Of a stretch of 64,000 nt of DNA, positions 10,719-21,358 are shown in pieces; position 1 is the first letter of the stretch; every line of letters starts with the position of its first letter. Below the pieces are notes generated by a model. The model did no database searches and was not told the origin of the DNA. It saw only the letters and a program-made list of their open reading frames with translations. The translations under genes and the position numbers were made by a program. The stretch comes from Planctomycetota bacterium (GTDB lineage: Bacteria > Planctomycetota > Phycisphaerae > WQYP01), in NCBI GenBank assembly GCA_021818445.1, contig JAKAEB010000015.1, forward strand, positions 50-64,049, given 5' to 3'.

Positions 10719-11000
10719 CTACGTCCAGCTTTCAGTGGGCACTTCGAGGGAGGAAAAATGCTTCAGATTATCCGTCACCACGGTTGTGTTAAGGTTTTGG
10801 GCAAAGGCGGCAATGATGGTATCGGCATCCTCCTGTCGCTTATTCCGCGTACAGGCCTGAACCCAAATCTCGATTGCCGCGTCCCATAGCGCCCGGGAGC
10901 ATTCTTGATTGGTGACACCGGGGGCTTCGAGTAATGTGTTGGTGGAGCCGCAACAGGGTAAGCAGCCCCGATACCGACTGGACAATAGGCGACGCCCCAT
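10719..11000 (-). pseudogene. PIN-domain (VapC-like) toxin C-terminal remnant
   Basis: The C-terminal 45 aa (QEDADTIIAAFAQNLNTTVVTDNLKHF) match the conserved 3rd and 4th acidic-residue motifs of PIN/VapC (D..IAA.A...TLVT.N.KDF). The N-terminal half with the first Asp/Glu is absent. An in-frame TGA sits 2 codons upstream of the ATG. Confidence 0.35.
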
Positions 11001-11130
11001 TTGTCATTTGGTGAATAGCGGAGCCATGGGTAATATGTTGTAAGGAATGCGGGGGAGTGGCGACGTAATTGGGTAGCATTAAATGCCCGGCGGCAGTTGC
11101 AGCAGTTGCATAGAAGGAGACGGTGGAATT

Positions 11131-11688
11131 ATGAGAACGATTACACGCAGAAATGTAGTGACGGGGTGGATTTTGTCTTGTGCGTTGGTGGCGGCGATCG
11201 TCATGGCTGTGGGATTTTTCCCCTCGCCAACTCCGTTTGCACACGCTGCCAATGCCAACCAAGGTAAGAAAATCAATCTGCGCGGCCCACTGCTCGGCGG
11301 TGGCCATTTCGATATCAGGCATTGGCATGGCAAGGTGGTCGTGATTGATTTTTGGGGCACTTGGTGCCCGTGGTGCCGCAAAGAGGCCCCTTACATTGCT
11401 AAACTATACAAAAAATACCGCAAAGCCGGCATGCGGGTGATTGGTATCCCCGTTGGTTCAACACCCGCACAGCTTGACCATTACGCGAAGACTCACCCCG
11501 ACGAAAATTGGCCACAACTTTACATTAGTGGCCGGGCCAATTCGGCTATCGCCAACAATTCCGGTATTCAGGGTTTTCCCACCGAGATCATTGTCGGACG
11601 CGATGGCCGGGTGGCGACTGTCATCGTGGGCTTTTCGCCTAAGCATCTCGCCAAGGTGATCAAGGCCCAGATTAAGACCAAGGCTTAA
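11131..11688 (+). CDS. TlpA-like thiol:disulfide oxidoreductase (thioredoxin fold, secreted/membrane anchored)
   Basis: It has an N-terminal signal/anchor and the WCPWC redox motif in FWGTWCPWCRKEAP. An AGGAGA RBS lies 11 nt upstream of the ATG at 11131. Confidence 0.75.
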   Translation: MRTITRRNVVTGWILSCALVAAIVMAVGFFPSPTPFAHAANANQGKKINLRGPLLGGGHFDIRHWHGKVVVIDFWGTWCPWCRKEAPYIAKLYKKYRKAGMRVIGIPVGSTPAQLDHYAKTHPDENWPQLYISGRANSAIANNSGIQGFPTEIIVGRDGRVATVIVGFSPKHLAKVIKAQIKTKA

Positions 11689-11911
11689 TTAAATCCGGAA
11701 TTTTCACCTTTTGTGGGTCATCGTGAAAGGTCTTTCGTCTGTGGCGGTGCTGACTGGTTTTTGTCGGCGCGGCGGTGGGCTGATGGTCTTCACATCGATC
11801 TAATTTGATACCGCGCATAAATTGTCGGTAGACGTTACACTTTTCCCCTGCGCAGAGATAGGTAAAGAGACTGCGTAAGACTTTGAAATTTACTTCAGGG
11901 GTTGCATATTC

Positions 11912-14900
11912 ATGCCCAAACGGACGGACATCAAAAATATCCTGATCATCGGCTCTGGCCCCATCGTGATTGGCCAGGGGTGCGAGTTTGACTATTCAGG
12001 TACTCAGGCGTGCAAGGCGTTGAAGGAGGAAGGTTATCGGGTCATATTGGTTAATTCCAATCCGGCCACCATTATGACCGACCCGGACATGGCCGACCGC
12101 ACGTACATTGAGCCGCTCACCGTGGAGGCCATCACCAAGATTATTGAAAAAGAGCGACCAGATGCGTTGCTGCCGACCTTAGGGGGCCAGACGGGTTTGA
12201 ATTTATCGGTGGCGCTGGCGGATGCGGGCGTACTGGAAAAATATGGCGTGCGCATGATCGGAGCCACGCGAGAGGCTATTCATCGCGGCGAAGACCGAAA
12301 AATTTTCAAGCAGATCATGGAACAAATCGGTCTGAAAGTGCCCAAAAGCGGGTTGGCGTACACCCTCGATGAGGCGCGGCAGGTTGTAGCGCAAACGGGG
12401 CTTCCGTGCATTATCCGGGCTTCATTTACGCTGGGTGGGACCGGGTCGGGCATTGCCTGGAACATGGAAGAATTTGAGACACTGGCCCAACGCGGTCTGG
12501 ATGCCTCGATGATTAACGAGATACAAATTGATCAATCACTGATCGGCTGGAAAGAATATGAACTCGAAGTGATGCGCGACCGGGCCGACAACGTGGTAAT
12601 CGTCTGCAGCATAGAAAATTTTGACCCCATGGGCGTGCACACGGGCGACAGCATTACAGTCGCCCCGGCCCAGACGCTTTCCGATAAGGAATACCAAAGG
12701 ATGCGCGACGCCTCGGTGGCGATTATTCGGGCGATTGGCGTTGAGACGGGCGGGTCCAATATTCAATTTGCCATCAATCCGCGCAATGGCGACATGGTGG
12801 TGGTGGAAATGAATCCGCGAGTGTCGCGTTCGTCGGCCTTGGCCAGCAAGGCTACCGGGTTTCCCATAGCCCGCATCGCAGCAAAGCTGGCCGTGGGCTA
12901 TACGCTGGATGAATTGCCCAACGACATCACACGCAAAACGGCGGCGTGTTTTGAGCCATCCATTGATTATGTGGTGGTGAAGATTCCGCGCTGGACATTT
13001 GAAAAATTTCCCGATGCAGACGAAACGCTCACCACCCAAATGAAAAGCGTAGGCGAGGCGATGAGTATCGGGCGTACCTTCAAAGAAGCCCTGCAAAAAG
13101 GCATACGGTCAATGGAGGTTAAGCGTTTCGGACTTGGTTTGGACCGCATCGACAAATGGTGGCGCCGCGAGCAGGCGCAATTTAATGCTGCGCAGGCCAA
13201 GCAGGAGCAAACTCTGGGGCATCGGGGTAGTTTTGTTACGCTCACAGCCGCCATGGAAGAGGCCGCCCAGGTGTGGCCCGTGCCCGATGAAAAACTTGTT
13301 CGCAAACTGTCGATTCCGTCGCAGGGGCGTCTGTATTACATTCGTTACGCGATGAAGTCGGGTTATTCGGTAGACCGCATTTACGAACTCACCCACATTG
13401 ACCCATGGTTTCTCTCGCAGATCAAGGCGTTGGTGGATTTTGAAGACACGCTGCTGGCGCATCGGGAGACTGTGGCCCGGGCGTTGAATGGCAAACTGAC
13501 GGAAATGGAAAAGGCGGCGTTTACAGACTTGTTGCGCTGCGCAAAAGAATATGGTTATTCCGATGTGCAGTTGGCCACCGTTTGGTCGCAGACGCCCACC
13601 CGGGCGCGGCAACTGCGCAGGGACTTGGGCATCGAGCCGGTGTACAAGCTGGTAGACACCTGCGCGGCCGAATTTGAAGCTGCCACTCCGTATTATTATT
13701 CCAGCTATGAAAAGCCGCTTATTAAGATATCGCGTGGAGGCACCGAGCGGGTGACGGAAGATGAGGTGCGAGTATCCAACCGCAAAAAAGTGGTGATTCT
13801 CGGCGGCGGACCAAACCGCATCGGGCAGGGTATTGAATTTGATTACTGCTGCGTGCAGGCGGCCTTTGCGTGTCGCGATCTGGGCTTTGAAAGTGTGATG
13901 ATCAATTCCAATCCAGAAACGGTCAGTACGGATTACGACACTTCCGACCTGCTTTTCTTTGAACCGCTTACGCACGAAGACGTTTTGAACATTATTGAGC
14001 GGCTTAATGGACGCCCATTGCATGAGCCGGGAGGATTGGTACAGGGTGTGATAGTGCAGTTTGGCGGCCAGACACCGCTGAATCTGGCCCGGGGGCTGAA
14101 GGATGCCGGTGTCCCGATTATCGGCACGGCAGTGGAATCGATTGAAGCCGCCGAGGATCGTGAAAAATTTAACACACTTATCCGCAAGCTCGGCCTTAAA
14201 CAGCCGGAGGGCGGCATTGCCTTCAGCGGTGAACAGGCGCGGGCGGCGGCGGGCAGGATTGGATACCCGGTTCTGGTGCGGCCGAGCTTTGTGCTGGGCG
14301 GACGGGCGATGGAAATCGTTTCCAACGAAACGCAGCTTGATTATTACATCCGTCATGCGGTGGAAGTGGCCGACGACCATCCGATATTGATTGACCGCTT
14401 TCTGGGCGACGCAACGGAAGTGGATGTCGATGCCCTGGGGGACGGTGAATCATTCATGGTGCTGGGGGTGATGGAGCACATTGAGGAAGCGGGCATTCAC
14501 TCCGGCGATTCCGCCTGTTCGCTGCCGCCGTTCAGTCTGGCACCTGAAATAATTGATCAGATACGCAGCAACACGCTCGCGCTCGCAGCCGCGTTAAAAG
14601 TGCGCGGCCTGATGAATGTGCAGTTCGCCATCAAGGATGATCAGGTCTATGTGCTGGAGGTAAATCCTCGCGCCAGCCGCACGGTGCCGTTTGTGAGCAA
14701 AGCCACCGGCGTGCCGTGGGCGCGGATAGCCGCCAAATTGATGTGCGGTAAAACACTGGCGGAACTGGGCATATCAAAGGAGGTGGTGCCGCAAAAGCAT
14801 GTGGCGGTAAAAGAAAGCGTATTTCCATTTAATAAATTCCCCGGGGTGGATGTCATCCTCGGCCCCGAAATGCGTTCCACCGGTGAAGTGATGGGCATTG

Positions 14901-15406
14901 ACCGAACCTTTCCCGTGGCTTATGCGAAATCGCAAATGGCCGCTGGCGGCAGTCTGCCCACAACCGGTACCGTCTATATCAGTGTGCGGGATGGCGATAA
15001 GCCGGCCATTATCCCGACGGCGAAGAAAATCGCCTCGGCGGGTTTCAGCATCATCTGTACCGGCGGCACCCACAAGGTGCTGGAGGAGGCGGGCGTGCCA
15101 TGCACGCGCATTAATAAAATACAGGAGGGGCGGCCAAATATCATCGATGTCATTAAAAATCATCAGGTGCATCTACTGATCAACACCCCCACACATAAAG
15201 GGCCCACCACGGACGAGGGACGGATCAGGGCCGCCGCCGTGCTTAACAAGATACCCATTATCACTACCACTACAGCCGCTGATGCGGCGGCCGATGCGAT
15301 GCTGAGCCTCAAATCAACTGACTGGACGGTAAAACCCATTCAGGATTATTACGCGGAGATGGCCAGTTCAGAAACCAGGGCCGAGGTGGCAATTCCGATA
15401 ACATAA
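11912..15406 (+). CDS. carB: carbamoyl-phosphate synthase large subunit
   Basis: 1164 aa with two ATP-grasp halves, an oligomerisation domain and a C-terminal MGS-like domain. The N-terminus is the canonical [30 protein letters not shown]. No carA is adjacent. Confidence 0.95.
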   Translation: MPKRTDIKNILIIGSGPIVIGQGCEFDYSGTQACKALKEEGYRVILVNSNPATIMTDPDMADRTYIEPLTVEAITKIIEKERPDALLPTLGGQTGLNLSVALADAGVLEKYGVRMIGATREAIHRGEDRKIFKQIMEQIGLKVPKSGLAYTLDEARQVVAQTGLPCIIRASFTLGGTGSGIAWNMEEFETLAQRGLDASMINEIQIDQSLIGWKEYELEVMRDRADNVVIVCSIENFDPMGVHTGDSITVAPAQTLSDKEYQRMRDASVAIIRAIGVETGGSNIQFAINPRNGDMVVVEMNPRVSRSSALASKATGFPIARIAAKLAVGYTLDELPNDITRKTAACFEPSIDYVVVKIPRWTFEKFPDADETLTTQMKSVGEAMSIGRTFKEALQKGIRSMEVKRFGLGLDRIDKWWRREQAQFNAAQAKQEQTLGHRGSFVTLTAAMEEAAQVWPVPDEKLVRKLSIPSQGRLYYIRYAMKSGYSVDRIYELTHIDPWFLSQIKALVDFEDTLLAHRETVARALNGKLTEMEKAAFTDLLRCAKEYGYSDVQLATVWSQTPTRARQLRRDLGIEPVYKLVDTCAAEFEAATPYYYSSYEKPLIKISRGGTERVTEDEVRVSNRKKVVILGGGPNRIGQGIEFDYCCVQAAFACRDLGFESVMINSNPETVSTDYDTSDLLFFEPLTHEDVLNIIERLNGRPLHEPGGLVQGVIVQFGGQTPLNLARGLKDAGVPIIGTAVESIEAAEDREKFNTLIRKLGLKQPEGGIAFSGEQARAAAGRIGYPVLVRPSFVLGGRAMEIVSNETQLDYYIRHAVEVADDHPILIDRFLGDATEVDVDALGDGESFMVLGVMEHIEEAGIHSGDSACSLPPFSLAPEIIDQIRSNTLALAAALKVRGLMNVQFAIKDDQVYVLEVNPRASRTVPFVSKATGVPWARIAAKLMCGKTLAELGISKEVVPQKHVAVKESVFPFNKFPGVDVILGPEMRSTGEVMGIDRTFPVAYAKSQMAAGGSLPTTGTVYISVRDGDKPAIIPTAKKIASAGFSIICTGGTHKVLEEAGVPCTRINKIQEGRPNIIDVIKNHQVHLLINTPTHKGPTTDEGRIRAAAVLNKIPIITTTTAADAAADAMLSLKSTDWTVKPIQDYYAEMASSETRAEVAIPIT

Positions 15407-15595
15407 TCATCCGGTCAGTGGCGCGGCACGCTCCGGCCGATTTCCGGGGATAGCAGGACTATTTGCAGGGGGCCGAGGCATGCCCACGCCGCAGGGTATC
15501 CGATAATTCAGTACCCGCTCTTATTGTTCTCCCTGATCGACTCCGTCGGTCGATACCAAAGTTACATTTCGGTACGCCGTAGGAACAGGTAGCCA

Positions 15596-17032
15596 ATGTT
15601 GGAGAGCGCTATGATTGCGGAATCGGCCGGTGGTTGTGAACAGTTGGACATGCAGTCGAGTCCCAACAAAATCTATTTATCTGAACTGATGGGTGCTTTA
15701 AGCTACGCCCTTGATCTGACCGAAGGATTGCCACCCGGCCATTGCCTGCGGTCGTGCTGGATCGGCATGCAGATCGCAATTGAACTGCATCTGGATGATG
15801 AGACCCTTTCTGATGTATTTTTCACCATTTTGCTCAAAGACGCGGGGTGTTCCAGTAACGCGGCCCGTATTTATGAACTTTATGATAATGATGATTTATC
15901 GGTCAAGGCGGATTTCTGCACCGTCGATAACCAGAGCCTCACACAGGTTGCCAAATTTGTCTGGTCGCATCTCGCACCGCAGGCACCTATCAGAGAAAAA
16001 CTTTCGCGTTTGATGCACCTGGCCATCAAAGGAGATGAGTTACAGGACGAAGTGGTGACCGCCCGCTGCGAACGCGGAGCCTCCATTGCCAAACGTATGG
16101 GATTTAACGACCGTGTCGCCGAGGCCATCAACAGTCTTAATGAACATTGGAATGGCAAAGGACGCCCCAACCATCTCAGCGGCAACAGCATTCCCCTTGC
16201 CAGCCGCATCGCTCTTCTGGCTCAGGTGGTTGAAATATTTTATTCGGCCGGCGGGCCGGCTCACGCCTTAAAAGAAGTGTATCGGCGCAGTGGAGCGTGG
16301 TTTGATCCGCGATTAGTGGCAGCGCTGAATTTAGCGGCCGGTAAACTGTCATTCTGGTCAACGCTCAAATCCAGCAAGCTTGAACGACTGGTGATGAGCC
16401 TCGAACCGGCATCCCACGCCATCGAGGTGGATGATGAACAGATTGATATTATTGCGGCGGCGTTTGGCGAGGTAATCGATTCTAAAAGTCCGTTCACATC
16501 CGGCCATTCGAATCGCGTGGCAATATTTGTGGACGCGATTGCATCGGAGTTGGGGCTTTCCTCCAACCGACGGCGGGCCTTACGACGGATTGCATTACTG
16601 CACGACATTGGCAAATTGGGAGTGAGCAACGCGATACTCGATAAGCCCGGTAAACTGACCGACAATGAATGGGCATGTATTAAAAAACATCCGGTCTATT
16701 CACGCAGCATTCTGGAGCGTATTTCCATTTTTTCAACGCTGGCCGGTATTGCCGGTGCCCACCATGAGAGGCTGGACGGCAAAGGTTATCCCGACGGAAT
16801 AGACAAGACGCAGATATCCCTGGAGACGCGCATCATCACTACCGCCGATGTATTTGACGCCCTGACGGCCGACCGCCCCTACCGCAAGGCTATGCCGTTG
16901 GAGCAGGCCATGGCCATTATGGAAAAAGATCGCGGCAGTGCCATCGATTCACAATGCCTCGACGCCTTGAAGCGTGCGATTGAAAATACGCAAGGGGCAA
17001 TCATTGAATCAGATAATTTGCAGCCGCAATGA
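15596..17032 (+). CDS. HD-GYP domain c-di-GMP phosphodiesterase with N-terminal sensory domain
   Basis: The HD motif (LLHDIGK) and the HD-GYP signature HHERLDGKGYPDG sit in the C-terminal ~200 aa. A ~280-aa N-terminal domain has unknown function. Confidence 0.8.
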   Translation: MLESAMIAESAGGCEQLDMQSSPNKIYLSELMGALSYALDLTEGLPPGHCLRSCWIGMQIAIELHLDDETLSDVFFTILLKDAGCSSNAARIYELYDNDDLSVKADFCTVDNQSLTQVAKFVWSHLAPQAPIREKLSRLMHLAIKGDELQDEVVTARCERGASIAKRMGFNDRVAEAINSLNEHWNGKGRPNHLSGNSIPLASRIALLAQVVEIFYSAGGPAHALKEVYRRSGAWFDPRLVAALNLAAGKLSFWSTLKSSKLERLVMSLEPASHAIEVDDEQIDIIAAAFGEVIDSKSPFTSGHSNRVAIFVDAIASELGLSSNRRRALRRIALLHDIGKLGVSNAILDKPGKLTDNEWACIKKHPVYSRSILERISIFSTLAGIAGAHHERLDGKGYPDGIDKTQISLETRIITTADVFDALTADRPYRKAMPLEQAMAIMEKDRGSAIDSQCLDALKRAIENTQGAIIESDNLQPQ

Positions 17033-17553
17033 CAGACGGCCATATGGTAATTTTCCATTCCGCGCCCTGTATCCCCCGATCGCTGAGTCATGACATTGCC
17101 CGCCACCACCAACGGCTGGAAAAATACCGGCACGCGTCGACTGGCCATATCTGATCTGATAGCGATCGACCATCAAGCGGTCATTCACCTCACAGGCGGC
17201 CAAATGGTATACAGGCCTAAGGTTGAACTGGGGGAGAATTCCTGCCGTCATTGGGTACCATTCTGCGGGTTTTGCGGTGAATAAGGACCAATGCACCGGC
17301 AAAATATGGATGCGTTGTTACAAGCTCAGAGGCCAAGCGGTCGCGATAGGTGTTTTTTTTCAATTGGACTCGCCAAACCATTTCTACAAAAGTAAAAAAT
17401 GCGGCGCGGCCAGAATTGCCCCGTGTAACGACCCATTTTTTCGCATGGATCGACCGATTCTGGAGTGCAACTTTATGACAAACTTATATATGACTAGACA
17501 AATATGGATAATCATGGAATACTTTGCATTGGTATGACATAAGGGTACATGTA

Positions 17554-18297
17554 ATGAAGCTGACAGTGAAGGACGCGGCAAACTTGCTAAGTGTCTCTGA
17601 AAAAAGCATTTATCGGTGGATTAAGAACGGATCTATTCCCGCTTACAGGGTAAATGACCAGTATCGTTTTAATCGAGCCGAGCTTCTGGAATGGGCAACT
17701 TCACGGCGTATCCAGGTTTCGCCGGAAATATTTCAGGAACCCGTCGGAGGTGATACCCCTCCCCCTTCACTCTCTGAAGCTCTTCGGGCTGGTGGTGTGC
17801 ATTATCGAATAGGTGGATGCGACAAGGCGAGTGTGCTGCGTTCGGTCGTGGAAGTTATGAACTTGCCCGAGGAGGTAGATAGTGAATTTTTGTACCAGGT
17901 GCTTTTAGCCCGCGAAGCCTTGGGGTCTACTGGTATTGGCGAAGGCATCGCCATACCCCATGTGCGTAACCCCATCGTACTGCATTTGTCGCGCCCGTTG
18001 GTGGCACTGTGCTTTTTAGAACGCCCGGTGGAATTTGGTGCCATCGACCATCATCCAGTGGCCACCTTGTTCACACTTGTCAGCCCCACCGTTCGGGCTC
18101 ACTTACATCTGCTTTCCCGGCTCGGTTTTATACTAAGGAATAATGAATTTAGAAGCGCTATTACGCGACAGGCCTCGCGCAACGAGATTATGCACGCGTT
18201 GGCCGCGGCCGAAGCGGAAATAGCACCACCGAAAGCGACAATGGCGGTATCAGAGAAACCGGTGGTGCATCGACAGGCGACAAGCACAGCGGATTAA
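17554..18297 (+). CDS. HTH (excisionase/MerR-like) - PTS EIIA type-2 fusion regulator
   Basis: The N-terminus MKLTVKDAANLLSVSEKSIYRWIKNGSIPAYRVNDQYRF is an HTH_17-type DNA-binding domain. The C-terminal PTS EIIA-2 (PtsN-like) domain carries the active-site motif GIGEGIAIPH. It sits immediately upstream of the Ehr-like operon. Confidence 0.7.
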   Translation: MKLTVKDAANLLSVSEKSIYRWIKNGSIPAYRVNDQYRFNRAELLEWATSRRIQVSPEIFQEPVGGDTPPPSLSEALRAGGVHYRIGGCDKASVLRSVVEVMNLPEEVDSEFLYQVLLAREALGSTGIGEGIAIPHVRNPIVLHLSRPLVALCFLERPVEFGAIDHHPVATLFTLVSPTVRAHLHLLSRLGFILRNNEFRSAITRQASRNEIMHALAAAEAEIAPPKATMAVSEKPVVHRQATSTAD

Positions 18298-18406
18298 TAA
18301 TTCCACTGCCGCTTCACTGCGCGCTATCGTCTCCTGCTTTTGATGCGTTGATCGGTAGGGCATGTAGTCTTAAGACCGTGGGGTACTGCCTGAAACTGGA
18401 GTAGTT

Positions 18407-20419
18407 ATGGAAATGTCTCTGACGCTTGCGGCCTGCGTGCTGATCTTAGTCAGCGGGGTACCGGGGCTATTTTCGCGCCGCCGTTCGGCTTGGGGACAAA
18501 TGACTGCCACCGTTCTGGTGCTTGCAGGTTCATTAATCGGCTTGACCGGCAGTTTTGCGGTATTGGTAACGCGGCATGTTTTCTTAGCATCGCTTCCTGG
18601 AATCTGGCCCGGTGCGCCGTTTCAATTGAAAATGGACAGCCTGTCGGCGTTTTTTTCTGTGCTGATTTTTTTAATGGCAGCCGTGGGCTCAATTTACGGG
18701 CACGGCTACTGGCGACAGCGGGAGCATTCAACAACGGGCCAAAAGCTGCGTTTGCATTATGGCGTAATGTTGGCAGCCATGGTGGTGGTCACGCTCGCAG
18801 ACGATGCCTTGGCTTTTCTGCTGGCGTGGGAAGTCATGGCCTTAACCAGTTTTTTTCTGATTGCCACGGAAGACGGCCAGCCGGAATGTCGGCAGGCGGC
18901 CTGGGTTTACTTTGTCGCCACCCATTTGAGTACACTGGCATTATTTGCAATGTTTGCATTGATGCATGAGGCATCGGGGAAATTTCTGCTTTCTGCCATT
19001 CCAGTCACAACCGGCGCAGGTTTGAAAATGGCTATTTTTCTTTTGGCTCTGCTGGGGTTTGGGCTTAAAGCCGGAATGATGCCGCTGCATTTTTGGCTCC
19101 CCAGCGCCCATGCCAATGCGCCGAGCCACATATCGGCATTACTCTCGGGTGTGCTGCTGAAGGTGGGTATTTATGGCCTGCTGCGTGTGCTGACACTTAT
19201 GCCTGATCCGCCAGCGGCATGGGGAGTATTGATTTTAACCCTCGGTGCAATCAGCGCGGTGTTGGGGGTGGCCTTTGCGCTTGGGCAACATGATATTAAG
19301 CGATTATTGGCATTTCACAGTGTCGAAAATGTCGGCATCATCCTCATGGGCTTGGGGGTGGCGATGATCGGCATCGCGGTCCATCATCCTGTATGGGTGA
19401 TACTGGGGATTGCCGGCTGCTTACTGCATGTGTGGAATCATGGCCTGTTCAAATCACTTTTATTTTTATCCGCGGGATCGATCGTACGCTCCACCGGAAC
19501 ACGCAATATAGATTCTCTTGGTGGCTTGGCGCGACGAATGCCTTGGACTGCGGGACTATTCATGCTTGGTGCCATAGCGATCTGCGGATTGCCACCATTG
19601 AACGGTTTTATAAGCGAATTGCTGGTCTACCTCGGGCTGCTGCGCCCGGCGGCCGGTCATGGGTCGGGAAGTTGGGTTGCGGTGGCCTCGGGAGCGGTTG
19701 TGCTGGCAATGGTTGGAGCCTTGGCGGTGGCATGCTTTGTCAAGGTTTTGGGCGGGGTCTTTTTAGGCTCAGGCCGGTCGACTGCGGCGACTGAAGCCTC
19801 CGAAGCGCCTTTGAGTATGCGCGGTGCCATGGCAGTTCTGGCCGGGCTTTGTGTTGCCATTGGTGTCGCACCGGTGGTGGTACTGGTCCCATTGGAAAGC
19901 GCCGCTACCGTCTGGATGGGAAATGAGGCGGCTGGCAGTCAACTCGCCGTGCTCTTCCCTTGGACCATGCTCACCGCCATATCAATGGGCCTCGCTGTCA
20001 CGATATTAATAGCCGTCACCGTATGGCAGATAATAGTGCGGGCTGATGCATCGCCGCGCCGTGCGACATGGGCGTGCGGATACACCAAATCCAACGCACG
20101 CATGCAGTACACAGCGTCATCCTTTGTACAGATACTGCTGGAATTATTACGTTGGGTATTGCGACCGATCACACACGGTGCGGGACCAAAACAGCTATTT
20201 GCCGAATCGGTCGATCGGCACACCGATGTGCCGGATTTCATTACCGACCGCATGGCCTCCAAATACTGGCAAATTTTTAAGCAGCGGTTAATACCCTTGC
20301 GTCGAATTCAACAGGGTAGTGTGCAGGAATATCTGCTCTATATGCTTCTGGCGGTGTTTATTATGCTGGCGCTACTGATTCCATTTGGGCAAATCTCCGC
20401 CCACCTTCTGGGACGATGA
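18407..20419 (+). CDS. Ehr/Hyf-type complex antiporter-like membrane subunit (HyfB/NuoL-like)
   Basis: 670-aa polytopic protein with the Mrp/NuoL-family motif WLPSAHANAPSHISALLSGVLLKVGIYGLLR. An RBS-like GGAG precedes the ATG. It is the first gene of a tightly packed operon. Confidence 0.85.
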   Translation: MEMSLTLAACVLILVSGVPGLFSRRRSAWGQMTATVLVLAGSLIGLTGSFAVLVTRHVFLASLPGIWPGAPFQLKMDSLSAFFSVLIFLMAAVGSIYGHGYWRQREHSTTGQKLRLHYGVMLAAMVVVTLADDALAFLLAWEVMALTSFFLIATEDGQPECRQAAWVYFVATHLSTLALFAMFALMHEASGKFLLSAIPVTTGAGLKMAIFLLALLGFGLKAGMMPLHFWLPSAHANAPSHISALLSGVLLKVGIYGLLRVLTLMPDPPAAWGVLILTLGAISAVLGVAFALGQHDIKRLLAFHSVENVGIILMGLGVAMIGIAVHHPVWVILGIAGCLLHVWNHGLFKSLLFLSAGSIVRSTGTRNIDSLGGLARRMPWTAGLFMLGAIAICGLPPLNGFISELLVYLGLLRPAAGHGSGSWVAVASGAVVLAMVGALAVACFVKVLGGVFLGSGRSTAATEASEAPLSMRGAMAVLAGLCVAIGVAPVVVLVPLESAATVWMGNEAAGSQLAVLFPWTMLTAISMGLAVTILIAVTVWQIIVRADASPRRATWACGYTKSNARMQYTASSFVQILLELLRWVLRPITHGAGPKQLFAESVDRHTDVPDFITDRMASKYWQIFKQRLIPLRRIQQGSVQEYLLYMLLAVFIMLALLIPFGQISAHLLGR

Positions 20420-20443
20420 ACAGGCGATGGGGAAGTATGGGCC

Positions 20444-21355
20444 ATGTTGAATGATGTTATGACTATTGCGATCCATATTGGACTGCTGTTGTTTATGCCG
20501 CCGCTGCTGCCCGGCGTCATCAACAGGACAAAGGCCGTTTTTGCGGGGCGTAAGGGACCACCACTACTGCAGCCCTATTTTGATATCTGCAAATTATTTC
20601 ATAAAGGTATGGTCATAAGCGAATCAACTACATGGGTATTCCTGGCGGCACCGGTCGTAGCACTGGCGGCCACGCTATTGGCGGGGCTGCTGCTGCCATT
20701 CGGACCGTTCGCCGCTCCAATTCACTTCACGGGCGATTTAATTCTGTTTGTATATCTGTTTGGACTGGCCCGCTTTTTTACCACGTCCGCCGCATTGGAT
20801 ACCGGGTCCTCCTTTGAAGGTATGGGGGCGGCGCGCGAAGTAGCCTTTGCCTGTCTTTCCGAGACGGCGTTCCTATTGGGCCTGCTGGTTCTGGTTCGAT
20901 TGTCCGGGAGTGTCAGTCTGACACCCATGCTGCTGTCACCGCTGGCGCATCCACCGGAAGCCCCTGTACTAATGGCCGCCGCGGGATTATTTATCGTGCT
21001 GCTGGCCGAAAATTTGCGCATCCCCGTGGATGATCCGAATACCCACCTGGAATTGACGATGATTCACGAGGCTATGGTGCTGGATAACAGTGGTCCTTTG
21101 CTGGGGCTGGTTCATTATGGATCAGCGATGAAACTGTTTGTTTTAAGCGCACTGGCATTGCATCTGTTTGTGCCATTTCAAATCGGCATATTCGGCGCGG
21201 ATTGGGGCCTATTCGTCATCGAGATGATCGCGATGGCCGCTGTCATTGGGATAGTCGAATCCACCATGGCGCGACTGCAGATGCGCCATGTGCCCACACT
21301 GCTTATGGCGGCAGGCCTGTTGAATGGAATCGGTTTTGTTTTGATGGTGAGATAG
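20444..21355 (+). CDS. HycD/NuoH-like membrane subunit
   Basis: The N-terminal motif NRTKAVFAGRKGPPLLQPYFDICKLFHK matches NuoH/HycD (R-K-x-x-A-x-x-Q-x-R-x-GP ... QP.AD..KL). It is an 8-TM membrane protein. Confidence 0.85.
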   Translation: MLNDVMTIAIHIGLLLFMPPLLPGVINRTKAVFAGRKGPPLLQPYFDICKLFHKGMVISESTTWVFLAAPVVALAATLLAGLLLPFGPFAAPIHFTGDLILFVYLFGLARFFTTSAALDTGSSFEGMGAAREVAFACLSETAFLLGLLVLVRLSGSVSLTPMLLSPLAHPPEAPVLMAAAGLFIVLLAENLRIPVDDPNTHLELTMIHEAMVLDNSGPLLGLVHYGSAMKLFVLSALALHLFVPFQIGIFGADWGLFVIEMIAMAAVIGIVESTMARLQMRHVPTLLMAAGLLNGIGFVLMVR

Positions 21356-21358
21356 GCC

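Noticed and set aside
13109-14380. 423-aa ORF on the minus strand inside carB, with a similar one at 12536-13096
   Set aside because: It is antisense to a highly conserved gene and its R/H/G-rich composition is typical of spurious open frames in high-GC DNA. It has no domain signature.
17513-17527. Possible sigma54 -24/-12 element (TGGaatactttGCa) upstream of the HTH-EIIA gene
   Set aside because: The GG to GC spacing is 8 nt rather than the required 10, and the EIIA(Ntr) link to RpoN is only circumstantial.
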